A DNA stretch of 64,000 bases from assembly GCF_009914755.1 (NCBI RefSeq), contig NC_060930.1, one strand, 5' to 3'. The DNA is from the human T2T-CHM13v2.0 reference genome, Homo sapiens. The notes beneath the pieces are model-generated. The model did not search any database. It saw only the letters and a list, made by a program, of their open reading frames with translations, and was not told where the DNA came from. The position numbers were made by a program, and so were the translations under genes. Each line of letters starts with the position of its first letter. Positions within the stretch are counted from its first letter, which is position 1. Shown here one piece after another: positions 43,895 to 60,130 of this stretch.

Positions 43895-44202
43895 GTTCTT
43901 ATTTATTTATTTATTTATTTGAGAGGAGTCTCGCCCTGTCGCCCAGGCTGGAGTGCAGTGGTGTGATCTCGGCTTCACTGCAGGCTCCACTTCCCAGGTT
44001 CATGCCATTCTCTTGCCTCAGCCTCCCGAGTAGCTAGGATTACAGGCGCCCGCCACCACGCCCGGCTAATTTTTTTGTGTTTTTTAAAAGAGACGGGGTT
44101 TCACCCTGTTAGCCAGGATGGTCTCGATCTCCTGACCTCGTGATCCACCCGCCTCGGCCTCCCAAAGTGCTGGGATTACAGGCGTGAGCCACCGCGCCCG
44201 GC
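43895..44202 (-). mobile_element. AluY with (TTTA)n tail
   Basis: Y-diagnostic gttagccaggatggtctcgatctcctgacctcgtgatcc; CpG-rich. Confidence 0.94.
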
Positions 44203-45599
44203 TGACATTTTCTTTATCCAATCTACTATTGATAGTCACCTGGGTTGTTTCTATGTCTTTGCTGTTGAGAACAGTGCTGTGATAAACATACAAGGGCAGG
44301 TGTCTTTTGTGATTTATTTTCCTTTGGGTGTATACCCAGTCATGGGGTTGCTGGGTTGAATGGTAATTCTATTTTTGCTTCTTTGAGAAATCTCCAAACT
44401 GTTTTCCACAGGGGCTGAACTAATTTGCATTCCCACCAGCAGTGTATAAGCATGCCCTTTTCTCTGCAGCCTCACCGGCATCTGTTATTTTTTTGACGTT
44501 TTAACCATAGCCATTCTGACTGGTGTGAGATGGTGTCTCATTGTGGTTTTGACCTGCATTTCTCTGGTGATCAGTGATGCTGAGCATTTCTTCACGTGTT
44601 TGTTGGCCGTATGTATGGAGACTGACGTTTATGTTGGATGACAATTATGGGGAAAAAACTCACCAGGACTACGTAATATAATCTTCCTTCTGTGTAGAAA
44701 GAGGCATTTCCTATGTCCCCAGACCATCACACTGACTCTACAAGATTGGGTTCTCTTGTCGTTATGGTGCTACAGGGCAGGATGTCCAACTCTGACACTC
44801 AAGGGAGATCAGGTGCGTTATAGGTAGTGTGGTTTAGTAGAGTGAAAACTATCCAAGTCACCTGGAATCCAGACATGAAGCCATCTTGATAGAGGGCCCA
44901 AGGGTAATCCACTTCAGTAGCCAGGAACCTGTTGAGCAAATGCCAGCTTGTGATAAAAATTTATTGTATGGATCACAGTGTCCCATAAAGTAGAGACTCT
45001 AAATGTTAAAAACAACATTGGCTGCTTGACTTGATTAGAACGCAGCAGTTTGAGATGTTTAAATGTGAAGGGCGAGAGGCTTGGCTTCCTATGTTTAAGG
45101 AGTTGATCTCGTGATGTTTGGAGAGCCCAGCTTTGAGATGCCTGGTCTCTCCTGATGCTTCCCTTTGATTCCACAAAAGGGAGGGCCCGGTGGCTGCTGA
45201 ATGGTACAGTCTGAGGCGATGACAGAGGCTGCAGGTCTCTGCCAGCATTGGAGACCCTCAGACACAGTGTGGCTGGTGACCACTGGAGGAGGCAGGGTTC
45301 AGGTTCCTGGGCATCTGCAGGCCAGCTCTCAAACCCCCACCCACCTCCCACTTCCCCCCGAACCCCCGGCTCTCCACAGCTTGCACCTATCCTATCTGGA
45401 GTAGTAGTGAGAGTTGTATCCCTTAATTCCCATTTTTATTGGGTTTCTGGACAATGCTGGAAAGCATTCAAAATAGCTCATATTTTACTCTTACCTTGTG
45501 AGTCTAAGTAAAGACCCATTCATTTCAAGAAAAATAACTTGCTTTTGGTTCTGTCCCTGGAGCTAGAAAGTTTGCTGTTAAGTAGATTGATTACGCATC

Positions 45600-45730
45600 A
45601 GCCTGGAATAGCTAGTTCCTTGCTGTGTGGCCTTGGGCAAGCCACTCAAGTGCTCTGGGCTGTCATTTACTCACCTGTGAACTAAGAGGGCTGAACTGGA
45701 TGATATTGAAGGTCCCTATTAGCTCTAAGT
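45600..45730 (+). mobile_element. MIR fragment
   Basis: gctgtgtggccttgggcaagccactc...ctctggg...ctcacctgtgaa core. Confidence 0.7.
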
Positions 45731-46169
45731 CAGGGCCCAGCATGCAGGCATATCAAGTTTCTTTTCTTCATTTTCAAAAAGTAAGCTTCTGAGAATATTT
45801 TTGACCATATTGCAAAGTCAAATAATTATTGAGTGAGTCTGTTATTTCATGCCATTCCTTTTCTACTAGCTAATCTAGTTTGCAAAATACCCTATGCTGC
45901 TGGTGAAAGGAAAAAAAAAAACAAAGTGTGAACCCAAAACTCATGATTCATTCTAAGTTAGTTCAACAGATTAGTTCCTCATTCTCTCAGATCTCCAGGG
46001 AAGAGACATCAACACCAGCCCATCGCTGATACCCTTTGTCCTGGCCTCCGGAGCGCTCCCTGCACAGTCCCAAGTCTGCAAGAAGGGGGATCTTTTCTTG
46101 AAAACCTACAGTGCTAATAATTGTCAAAAATATATAAATTCTAAATTTAAAATTTAAGGTATTGGTGCC

Positions 46170-46352
46170 TATGAAATGTCCCCAACACAAAGAAATGATA
46201 AATGTTTGAGATGATGGAAATGCTGATTACCCTGATCTGATCACTCACTTTATATGTATTGAAACATCATTATGAACTCCATGAATATGTATAATTGTTA
46301 TTAGTCAGTTAAAACAAATAAAACTAAAAATGTTTAACGATAAGAAGAAAAA
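46170..46352 (+). mobile_element. L1MA extreme 3' end
   Basis: ccaacacaaagaaatgataaatgtttgagatgatgga...taccctgatctgatca followed by an A-rich tail. Confidence 0.85.
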
Positions 46353-46766
46353 AATGTTGTGTTGTCAACACTAAGTTTTAAAACACGCTATAAGGTGGTT
46401 ACTGAAAATTGCCTGCTGTGCTTGGTATGTTGTGCACAGCATTATGGTTATTTATTTGGGGGTGTTTCTGGTTGTCTTCTCTTGCCCCTGTCGCCACACA
46501 CAGCCCATTGTGCAGCATTATGAGTGTCTCTTGGGCCAAATTTTCTGATCTCAGGTCCAGGATTTTTATTTCTTAGTGATAATAGTATGCATTTTTAAAA
46601 AGTATAAATGATTAGTATCAAATTCTAATATGTAGCTTTAAATTGGAAAATTTTTAACTAGAAAAATTTTAACATCATATACAGGCTAGAGTCTTTTTTT
46701 CTGCCAGTCTTTGTGGATTTTACTGGAAAAATATACATACATCCCATGATAGAATTTATTCTCTAG

Positions 46767-46964
46767 AAGATGATTGGCAAACTTTGGCCTGCAAGGCCAA
46801 ATCTGTCCTTCCTCTGCATCTGGTACTACTCTTGAGTTAAGAATGGCTTTTACGTTTTTAAGTGGTTATGTAGGTGCCCACGTAATAGTCTCGACTTTAC
46901 CTCTTGGTCCCCAAAGCCTGAAATATTTATGATCTGATCTTTTAAGAAAAATTTGCCAACTCTA
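46767..46964. mobile_element. MER58-type hAT-Charlie MITE
   Basis: ttggcaaact...aatttgccaac inverted termini; 8-bp TSD-like ttctctag/ttctacag. Confidence 0.75.
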
Positions 46965-49900
46965 TTCTACAGAAAAGGAATGAACAACTAACTCAGCAAT
47001 GCATATGGAGAGGAGAGGAGCATGTAAGTAAACCTGAGAACTTTGGTAATAAAGAAAGAGAAAATTTTATTCAGATTATACAGAAGTATTTACGTTTATA
47101 AATGCCTCTTTGACAATATGATCGGTTTCAGTTTATCTTGTTGGCATGATTCAAAGCCCTGGTGTCAGAGATTGTTCCATTAAGTAGGCAGATTACACAC
47201 ACACACACAGATAAGGACATATCAAGTAAAAGCACAATTAAAGAGAAGTTCGTGGGAAGATCCTGATTTGCATACCCAGAGTGGGTCTGTATACACATTA
47301 ATCTGACAGCGGCCTGGACGATTTTAATGTTTCTAACTCCGAATATAAACTTGTGTTTCTCTCATGCAGATGTTGCCCTTTCTTCTGCTTATAGGAAAAT
47401 TCCCATGTAGTTTCAAAGCCCTGTCATGGGCAAGGTAAACAGTGGTGCTAGCTGTGAACAGATAAAATGTATATCCATCGATTAACTAAGCCTTGGAAAT
47501 GAAACACGTCCTGTCTCTTGAATGCTGTACACAGAGCCAAGAGAAATAGACGGATCATCAGGCTTTACAAAGGGAGTTCACAGTAGTCGCTGATATGAGG
47601 GAATAATATCTTTGAAAGTTTCAAAACACAGATAAGATGAACTCATTTGTATTTCTTGGGAAATACTCTTCTGAAACAATGAGAAGCTCTTGCCAGGTTT
47701 AGGCTGTTCTGGTATGCAGTCAACACCGCCACCAGCTGGCCTAATTGAGAAAGACTATTTGTGCCTAAATTTCTCTTACAGAAACTATGTGATAAAAATA
47801 AAACACCTGGCAGAAGGACGCAAAGCTCTATCATTTCAAAATTCAGTTTTTTTCCTGTTTTGTGAAATGGCTTTCACAGAAATGTGCCTTTAGGTGTGAC
47901 TGTTATCTTTTGATAGGAGTGAATACGTATTGGTATCATATGCAGCTACAAACCATTTCCAATATACGTATAAAATAATGGGAATTATGGATCTTTGTGG
48001 TGCTAATAATTACGTTTGTAAATACCCTGGTTTCCATTTTTTTGTCTTTCCATTTTCAAAATATGTGTATAGTGGAGACAAAGGAGAAGAGGGTGAACCT
48101 TACATTAACCGATTATATCTCATGCTGGCAGGCATTCGTGAAATGTTTGGTGAAAGGGAAGTTTAAAATTACTGATTAAAGTGAGGGTCTGTGTTTACTA
48201 AAGCATTGTACTTTAAAGCCATTCTTCATTGATATAGAACATTTCAATGGCGTTCTGTTGATTTAATCGTAAAGGTTCTGATGTTTATATCTGCTTATAC
48301 TCTTCTACTGCAAACATTCACTTCCCAACAAATTTATTCGAACCACACATTACATTTTGGGAAGTTATGTTAACCAAATATTGTTGCTGCTATCTCTGTA
48401 ATATGACTGCATTTAACTTTACTTTTGAATTTGTTTTTGAAGAGAGTACTTGCAGACAATGGGAGCTGCCTGGAAGAAATACATATAAGCAACATTTGTG
48501 TAATGGGCTAAATCCTTTGAAAAGCAGTGGTGGAGGTGGTAGTGGAGGGGTAGGATTGATTTAGGGAAGTCTACGTGTGTGTTAGCTGAAATATCTAAAT
48601 CTGAAAGCAATGATAATACCATATGTAAAATTTCCAATGCATGTAACTTGAAGTATAGTATATATGCCCAAAGACATACTTTATTCTTTGACAGATTTCT
48701 AAGATTTCTAGTGAAAAATGAAATTAAAAACCCCGAGCAACAACAACAACAGCAACAATCTAAGAGAAATATGACATTAAAAACCCATTGATCGTAGTTT
48801 TAGACTTTAAAATGACTTGTAATATTAAAAGCTGGGACAGAGAACAAAAAGTGTGTCTGTATTAACACACAAATCAAATATTTTGGTTAAAACCATATTT
48901 TGGTTCCTATTCTTAAGGCAACACAACTTATTTTCAGCAATTCCGTCTTCTTGGACTCTAAGCAAGTTTTAAGACTCTTGGAGAATAGCCCAGGGTTTCT
49001 TACTTAGTGGTTAAAGTCTATTTGGAGTGCTTGGCACTTGTAATACTTTAAACATTAGTTTAAACTACTCCTCGCTGAAATGATGCTGTTGGCTTTTTGA
49101 ACTGGGAGACGCCATAACCACCACCTGATCCAACCCTCTTTTTGGGGGGAAATGGAGGCCCTGTGTAGCCAAGGAAGTCATCTCAGTATCAAAATGTGTT
49201 TCTGAGTTAGGACGAGGACGTACGTTAGAGTAAGCAGTGGGTGTACTTCCTAATTGAATGAGTATTCTCATGAAGCACTAACTAAACTTTTTTCTTGACT
49301 GTTGTTCACACATTCATTGTTCCACTTTGGGTCTACTATGTCTTAAAACAATCTTTTGGGTCTATACATTTAAAAAATTTATAGTATGTGATGATGCATG
49401 TTATATGTATTGATGCATGAGATATGCCAAACAAATCAATAGCATCCATGTGATTTAAAAATTAGCGTCTTCATTAAAAGATGAGTTCACAGTTAGACTT
49501 TAGCACTCCACGCAACTACTAGATCTGCTTAAGGACAGTGAGAACATGTGGCTGCTGCTGAGTGAGAAAGAAGAGGGAAACTGTTGACAACTACTTATAC
49601 TTTCATTACTATCCTTCATAGACATATTGATCCCAAATGATGAACCATTCTATCCAATCATTTGTTTTTTATTCATTCATTCACTTATTAATTCATTCTG
49701 TGTTGTCTTTATTAAGGACAGCCTATTATGGCAAAACTTGTGTTAAATCATATGTGGAAAGAGGAAAGTGGAGAAATTAAAGAAAAAGGTGCTCTTGTAT
49801 TTGTTTCCTAATTCTTCTAGTGGGTATTTTTAATCTTCTTTTTGAGCAGAGCAGCCTGTGAAGTTTCCTGGTCTTTTTCTTCTTTTCAGGGCTGTTCCGC

Positions 49901-50570
49901 AGGGCTCCTTTTTGCTTAGAGCAACATAATGTTTCATTAATATGGACTCCCAAGACATCTATTGCTCTGGAGCAAATTTAGAAAGAGCTGGCATACTGTA
50001 TTTTAATATTAAATTAATGTGGATTAGCCTATGTATGGCCAGCTGCACTTTTACATCAACCGTTTAGACATATACAGGAAGTCTTTCTTCCTGTGAAAAA
50101 AATGTACTTTAATAATAAAGACTAATTTTGAATGCTTCCAAGTAGCGATCCTGATTTGGTAGATTGCTCATAGACAAGCATTTTTTCCCTTGTTTATCTG
50201 GGCTCTTTGCTGTAACTTGCCTGAATTTTTCATTTCGTACTTTGGTGTTCATGAGTGTAAATTTAGTATGAAAAGTTATCAAGGGGATACAATTATATAG
50301 CATGAATTTGTTCATAATATCAGTCAGAAAGCCACAAAGCAAACTAAGATATATGCATTTTTTTTTTTAGCTTGAACAGTTTGGAAATTCATTTCACGTA
50401 GTGAGAAAGCCAGAGGTAGGAGATCCCAGGTTCCGCAGCTTGACAACTCGTACTTCCTCCATCCTTCATGCATTGTAGAATAGCAGCCTCCAAAGATGTC
50501 CGTGCCCACATCCCTGGAAACTGTGAAGATGAAGAATCACAGTTAATTACAGGAAAGAGCCTCATTTTTT

Positions 50571-51005
<435 letters not shown>

Positions 51006-51584
51006 GAGCCTCACTTTTTTATTGTAAACTTTTGTCTGCATTTTTTCCAACAAATGGATTCATTGCTGTGTGTTACTTGTCATGGCCCATTGTAAACAAA
51101 ATGCTTATATTATGGCATATAAACTGTTACTTGCTACTGCCTACAAATCAGATGAATAAGTAACAGCACATTCACTATGTGGAGGTCAGGAAATGATGGT
51201 TTAAGCATTTCACATCCTGACATAATAGTTTATTATGTATATGTGGACATTTCACTGTGTTGTAGTTATATATTAGGAAATTGGTTGGGGTTATGGTTGC
51301 CATGCACTGTAATATAACTTTTTTTCAATTTACAAACAATGATAAGAAAATTTTTAGTGGTTTTTCACAGAATATCTGACTTTCAGGAACAGATTAATGA
51401 TGTTAAGTGGGAAATGTTGGGATCATCCAAATTCACCCCTGATCCCCACCCACCGGCATCACTCCCATTCTAGTCTAAGCCTTGACTGTCACGGTTGCCT
51501 CCTAAAAGGGTCTTTCTGCTTCCATTCCTGCCATCCTTCCTCCAACCTCTCCTCCACAAAGCCAACAGAGAGACTTTTAAAAAA

Positions 51585-52785
<1,201 letters not shown>

Positions 52786-53374
52786 ATGCATGCATTTATA
52801 TTGTTTTCTTTTTGGTTTCCAAGTCATACTAACAAATTGTACTGTTAAGTTGAAAATAAAATGTGAAGATTTAGCTCACGTACTCTTGATATTTCTTGAT
52901 AGTGTTGAATACGGTGTTTATATAGTTAATAGTTGCTTTAAAAATGCCATATAAGTCTCAGCCTTCATATTTCTAGGATTGAGAAGACAAGTGGTCATGC
53001 CACTGATACTCACACCTGGTACTTAAAAAATGCCATTCCCAAAGTGTTGGGATTACAGGCATGAGCCATTGAACATGGCAGAATTTTTCAATAGAAGTTA
53101 TGCTTTTCGGTAAAAGTTGCTTTGCCGGAGAATAACACAGTGGTTTGGGCTATCCTGCTTCATGGCTGCAGCTGCTCCTCAGCTACCATTGAGCTCCCAC
53201 CTCCCTGCTCTTAACAGAGGAAGACATAGGGAAAGAAAAGTAGATAAAACCTAAATAAGCTGCTTTCCCAGTTTGCTGTTGGCTGGGATGATATCTTATT
53301 ACCTGCTGCACACCTTCATTTGTCAGTCTCCTTTGATTTGAGGAGGACATTTTAGTGGGCATGTGGTGTCTCCC

Positions 53375-53604
53375 TGTTATGGGCTAAATTGTGTTCTCCC
53401 TAAACTCATATGTGATCATATTTGGAGACAGGGTCTTTACAGAGGTAATCAGATTAAAATGAGGTCATTAAGGTGTTCCTTGTTCCAGTATGACTGGTGT
53501 CCATATCAGAAGAGGAGATGAGGACACAGACACACATAGAGGGAAGACCACATGAAGACAGAGGGAGAAGATGACCTCTACAAGCCAAGGAGAGGGGCCT
53601 CAGG
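53375..53604 (+). mobile_element. MLT1B LTR fragment
   Basis: tgttatgggctaaattgtg...aaaatgaggtcatta...tacaagccaaggagaggggcctcag. Confidence 0.85.
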
Positions 53605-54416
53605 CCAGCACAAGAGCACAGGGCAGGCACCTCTTCCTGCTCACTGGGGAGAGCCTGAAGTCTCCAGTGTGTTCACCTCTGATGAGCTGTGTGCTTGGAA
53701 GGAGGGCAGGGGCAAGAAGGCCCAGAACAAGGAGTGAGTGCCACTGTGTCCTCAGGGACCTGGCTTCTGCTGGGCCCAGCTGGGCAGCTCTACTCTGTCA
53801 CCATCTCAGCTTCCCGTGGCTTGGCTGCTTCCTGTGCATGAAGACACCATCCCCACTAACCTGCCCCAAGGCAGGGCCTGTGTGTCGGTCAGAATATCTC
53901 TGTCTGTGGATGCCAGGGAAATGAATGAAGGTGCTGATACTCTGCACTCAGGCACTTCCAGTAACATTACTGCATCTAAAGCTGTTTGTTTCACTTTCAG
54001 AAGGTGAATTCCACGAGGGCCCTCTGTCGTCTGCCCTACCCCCTGCACATAGTTCCATGCCTGGCATTTCAGAAGTGTTTGTTAATACTGAGTGTAGGAT
54101 AGGAAAAGGTTTGTAGTATGGATAATATAAATAATTGGTCTAATGAGACTGATGCTGAATTCTGCTGTGCTACCTACTGTCCCATCCCTCCGCAGGGCCT
54201 GTCTTGAGATGCACCTTGTTTGCCCACGGGGGAAACGTGCTTTGGAAAGTGCTGGACACCATGGCTGTGCAGGCCCAAGAAGGTGATGTATTTAGTGTGC
54301 TTCAAGAAAACTAACATTTTCAGAGGGAGCAAGTTACTTATTATTGGTTACCCTTAATATATACCATCTAGATTAAGCATATTTATTTCCAAATTGTTCG
54401 CTAAGGTACAGGTCCT

Positions 54417-54782
54417 TGCCTTAGTCAGTCTGAGCTGCTGTAACAAATTACCATAGACTGAGTTGTTCATTAACAACAAAGTATTTCTCATGGTTCTGGA
54501 GGCTGGAAGTCTGAGGTCAGGGTGCCAGCATGGTTGGGCTTCGGTGAGGGCTCTCGTCTTGGTTTACAGACAGCTAGACAGCTGTCTGTATCCTCACATG
54601 GCAGAGAGAGACAAAGGTTGCAAGCACTCTGCTGTCTCTTCTTATAAGGGCACTAATTCCATCGCAAGGGCTCCACCCTCATGACTAATCATTTCCCAAA
54701 GGCGCTGCCTCCTAAAATCACATTGGGTGTTAGGATTTCAACATATGAATTTGAGGGGGACTCAAACCTTCAGACCATAACA
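54417..54782 (-). mobile_element. MLT1A-type solo LTR
   Basis: 366 bp, tgccttagtc...gctgctgtaacaaattaccatagactg...cagaccataaca. Confidence 0.88.
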
Positions 54783-56929
54783 GTTCATGGCTAAGATTAT
54801 AAATGACCAAAGCCCAGTGTCACCAATAATCCAGCTCTAGAAAGTGTAGTAATGGAAACGACTTCATCCCCATGAGATGGAAACAGTTAGAAGGATGAAT
54901 GACTCAAGCCTTGACAAGGATATGGAGAGACAGGGTGTTGCTAATGGGAGTGCAACTGGTACAGTTATTCTGGAAAACCATCCGTTTCTTTGTGAACTCA
55001 AGTGTGCATCTGTCTTCTGACCCAACAGTCCCACTCTTGAAGTTGCGCAATGTGTAGCTTTTACAACTATAAGCGGTGGCCCTGATTCAAGACCACAGAA
55101 TGAGCCACTGGAACATCTGGGATGAGGACCTCCTGCTTGCCAGGTAGTTGAAAGACCTATGTTCGTCATAGCAACAGGGCCTGGAAAAGAGAAGAAATAC
55201 AGCCTTTGTATTTCTGGGATTGAGAAGGAAAGCAGTCATGCCACTGAGAATCTCTGGGTCTGGAAAGGGGGTTGGTCATTGTGGATTCCATGAAGGCTCT
55301 GCCGGAAGAATCTGGAAGGACTGAGTCTTCAGAGCCTCAGCCCTGGGAGGCGGAGTGACAGGGACCTATACCGATTGAGGACAGAGAGGAAAAGGTCCCT
55401 GCTGAGCATTTCTCTTTTGAAAGACCCTCTGGCTGCAGCCTGGATGAGCAATGCTGACAGGTGATTCGCAGTACTGGCTGGCAGTGTGAACCAAGTTCGC
55501 AAAATAGAAGCAGCAGCCTGGGAGAAAACAGGGCTTGGAAGAAGACTGTGGTGGAGACTTCCAGGACTCCTAGATGATCCAGGAGGACAAGAAAGTGCAA
55601 GTTTGGGATCCTGGAATTCCTGCCAATCTGCAGGTGGAGGCTTAAGCCAGTACTGATTTAATCTGAAACCTAACGTGAATGAAGCAGCTTGCACAGCGCA
55701 GCAAGCGGCAGGAGCAGTGTCTCCATGCCAAGCTCACCAACATGTCCATTTCCTTACTGGGTGGTGACTGTCTCAAAAGGAGGATCCACGTTTGGTTTTA
55801 CTTTGTATCACCATGACTTGGCACAGGATCTGGTACATAGTAGTTCTCAGTAGACGCTAGCTGAGGGGCAAATAAGGAATGGTACAACGTGTGTGGACAC
55901 AGGTTAACCTTATGGAGGTCAGAAGAAGGCAGAGGGGAGCAAATGGAGTCCCAGACATCAAAGGAACGTCCCCAAAGCCCTCCCCACCCACCTCTCTCTT
56001 TCTCTCTAACAGTAGGGTTTACAAAGAGCAGCTTATTCCGGGTGATTTGCTCAAGAATCTGGCAAGGGTAGGGTCTCTGCTTCCAAATACTTCTGAAGAA
56101 GCAAAACTCGGAGAGGGATATTGATTGACAGGTGATAATTATTCTATGATATACCCACCGTGCTTACTTTGTGACACACCTTGGAAGAGAATCCATCCCA
56201 AATTGCACTCTTAGCTCAGATTTCATCCTGACCTTTTCTCATCCATCCACATCCAGTAAAGTTCTGGTTAGAAACCCAAATAACGACTGGAATGGAAAAA
56301 CAAATTACCCACATTCCAAGAGCTGGCGTGCATAGTAGGAACTTAATTCATTTCTTGACTGATTGATTTCCCTAGAATATGTATATTTTCTTGTAATACT
56401 TTGTACCTAGTAGTCCATAAAGAAAAAAGGGGCACTTCGTTTCTAACATTTGAGGGAGAAGGCTATTGAAACTGTAACTGCTGATAAGATTTTTTTTTTT
56501 ATTTAATTTCCACAAATCTTGACCTTTGCTAACAGAATTTAGTTTTGGCCTCTCTATGGTATTTGACAGATTCCAACTGAAATGAAAACTTCAGCTGCAG
56601 TAAGTTTTAGTCCTTGGAATGGAGAATTGTGAAATGCTTTAGTCAGATTTAAGGATCGATTTATCAGTTTTATAATAAACAAATGCAGATCTGCTCTTTC
56701 TAGACAGGCTCTGTTGAGTTTAGTGGCTGGGGGTATTGATATGGAACCCTGAGTAGACCAAGGTGTAAAAGGTTATAAACAATCTTTTCAACTCCTTATC
56801 CTATTCTTGGGGTGAGGTGCACTTCAGTGTTTTCCTACTACATTAATATATGTCTATGGATATAAAAACAATCATAGATTAGATGTGAGATAGGCTTTAG
56901 AACACAGATTTATAGTTTTATACACACTA

Positions 56930-57740
56930 TGTAGGGTAGGTATTTCCACAGCTAAGTTATATCTGGTTTACTTCTGTGTCCAAACACATGGGAGAATTGC
57001 ACATGCTCCTCCTGCCCTGCCTGGTAGTTAGTCATGGCTGTGTGACTTGCTTCAGTCACTGAAATGTGGTTTCTGCCTTTCTAGACATTTCCTTATCTGT
57101 CATGGCTATCATGGAAGCAGGTATCAGATGGTCAATCTGGGTTCCCGAGTGACTAGGATGAGCAGAGCTGATCCTCTACATTGAGCCTATGGATCATTAG
57201 TAAGGAATAAGCTGAGCCATTCAGGTTGTCTATGACTGCAGCATAACCTAGCTAGTCCTGACTAACACAGTAAACTCCATATTCATGCACATAAAATGAA
57301 CATGCAAATAGGTGGGAAATAAATAATAGGAATAATGGACAGAGTAATGCAGTCATCAAACTGTATCTTTTCCTTCCTGGATACCAAGATAGGCAACATT
57401 GTTCAGCTTCTCTTGCAGGTAGGAGAAATGTGAAAAGAAGTGAGTGGCCATTTCTAGGCCTGGCCCATAGAACATCTCCCATACAATTCCCTGCATATTC
57501 TCTAAGCTTTTCTGCCATTCAGATGCAGAGAATCCGGGAAGGCCTCTGATGCTCTCGGAATAGTAGTGCCAGGAAATGGAAGGAACATGGGTCCCTGAAG
57601 GATCGCATGGAAGAAAGTCCTCACATTCCCCTGTGACCCATGTTGGGCTCTGATTGAGTGATTAAAACAACAACAACCTTTAAATCACTGATATTTGGGG
57701 GTTGTTTCAGAAATTAGCAATAGTTGGATACTTCCTTAAA
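56930..57740 (+). mobile_element. Two adjacent ancient MLT1 (H/I/J-like) LTR relics
   Basis: The first ends gcagcataacctagctagtcctgactaacaca (~57269); the second has atggaaggaacatgggtccctgaa and cactgatatttgggggttgttt. Confidence 0.6.
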
Positions 57741-57772
57741 ATAAAAGATACCTATTTTAGTCTCAAGCATCA

Positions 57773-58187
<415 letters not shown>

Positions 58188-58289
58188 CTAGCCACTGCAA
58201 TCAGATGACAGAGAGGTCATGGATTTTAGCTATCTCAGACAGACTGTGGGATACACTGGCCCTAACACCTCCAAAGATTCATTATATGA

Positions 58290-59535
58290 TAAAAGGGAAA
58301 TGAAATCAAGGAAGAATAGATGGGTCATATAATAAATAATGCTGGGACAATAGGACAAACATCTGAATAAAATTGGATTCAGTCTTAAATATTAGCACCA
58401 TGTAAACTGTAGATCGACCAAAGCTTTGAGTGTAAACAAACAAAAAACCTAGAAAGAAACCATGAAAACACTTTAAGAGAGCATAGAAGAACTTTAAAAA
58501 GATTGGAATAGGAAACATCTCTCTAATTATGTTACAAAACTCAGAATTCATAAAATAAAAATTATTAAATTCAAATATATAAAAACCATTCTGAGAGTTC
58601 AAAAGTTAACGGATGAAGTATGAAAAATATTTAGAAATTGTTTCACAAAGGGCTAATTTCCCTAATATTTAAATTATTCCTTATAAACCAGTAGAAAAGC
58701 TTTAACAACATAACAGAAAAATGGGAAAAGACTATGAATAGACGGGACCCAGAAAAGCACATACAAATAAGTGGCTATTTTACTACACCTTTACTTTGGA
58801 AAACTTCAAACCTGTACTAAAATAGAATAGGGCAGTGAACCTCCCTGCCTGCACCCATCACTCAGCGTCAACATTGATCAACTCATGGGCAATCTTGTTT
58901 TATCTATTACCACTCCCCCCTGCCCCCCGCTCCCTGACAGCTCCCTCAGAAATACCATTTCCACCTACCAGATTGACAAAGATTTAAAAAATTGACAGAC
59001 TTTGTTAAAGAAAAAGTTAAAAAAACAGGAAGTCTCATACATTGCTAGAAGGAATGTAAATTAATTACAATCCCTATAGAGAGCAATTTGTTCTTACCCA
59101 TCAAAACTCTAAACACTTCTATCCAGAAATTCTGCTTCAATGATTTTATTATGCAGCTGTACTTGCACGTGTGCAAACAGCACATCCACAGTTATTAATT
59201 ATAATAGCCAATTATTGGAAATACCTAAAATGTGAAAACTTTGCAGCTCTGAACAAAAATAAGGAAACTATATTGATATGGAGTGTTCTCCAAGGTGTAT
59301 TGGGGTGAAATGCAAGTTGCAGAACAGTGCAGCAATGTAAGTTCCCATTTGTATAAAAAAAGAAAGAAAAGGCCGGTAGCAACAAGTGCCGGAGGGCCAC
59401 TTTAGAAGAAACTAGGTAGCTAGGGGTAAGGAGAGAAGGAGAGAAATTCAATTTTTTTTGACATACACTTTTAAATTGTGTATCATCTCCAACTACTAAC
59501 TATTCAAACATAAAATTAAGTTAAAAATTATAAAA
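58290..59535 (+). mobile_element. Old L1ME-type ORF2-end/3' UTR fragments
   Basis: aataaataatgctgggacaa...agaaaaatgggaaaagactatgaatagac...tcatacattgct...gaatgtaaatt. Confidence 0.7.
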
Positions 59536-59695
59536 CAAAGTCTGATAACCACCACACTGTATTGGCAAAGCCCAATACTTGTGTCCTGCTAGCTGATGAA
59601 TATAACATACTGATGACAACCTCTCCTCTTTGGAAAATTTTTTTAAAAAGCAACTCATTCGAAAAATAATAATCTGTTGAATTAAAAAGAAATTA

Positions 59696-60130
59696 GGCTA
59701 GGTGCAGTGGTTTATGCCTGTAATCCCAGCACTTTTGGAGGCCAAGGCGGGAGGATCACTTGAGCCCAGGAGTTTGAGACCAGCTTAGCAATATGGTGAG
59801 AGCTTGTCTCTATGAAAAAAATTTAAAAAATTAGCCAGGCTTGGTGGTGTATACCTGTATTCCCAGGTACTTGGGAGGCTAAGGTGAGAGGATTGCTTGA
59901 GCCTGGGAGGCAGGAGGCAGAGGTTGCTGTGAGCCAAGATCGTGCCAGTGCACTCCACCCTGGGTGACAGAGCAAGACTCCATCAGGAAAGAAAGAAAGA
60001 GAGAGAGAAGGAAGGAAGGGAGAGAGAGAGAAAGGGAGAAAGTGGAAGAGAAGAGAGAAAGGAAGGAAGGGAAGAAAGAGGAAGGAAGGAAGGAAAGAAG
60101 GAAGGGAAGAGGAAGGAGGGAAGGAAAAGG
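59696..60130 (+). mobile_element. AluJ with a ~145-bp (GGAA/GA)n purine tail
   Basis: Alu at 59696-59985, then a purine tract. Confidence 0.93.

Noticed and set aside
44914-45511. Overlapping 62-145 aa ORFs in unique sequence
   Set aside because: No recognisable domain, and no supporting splice or promoter structure.
49870-49900. Strong-looking splice acceptor tttttcttcttttcag
   Set aside because: No convincing paired donor or reading frame; such pyrimidine tracts are common by chance.
53552-56124. ORF clusters in moderately GC-rich sequence
   Set aside because: Partly MLT1-derived; lengths are as expected by chance at this GC content; no recognisable homology.
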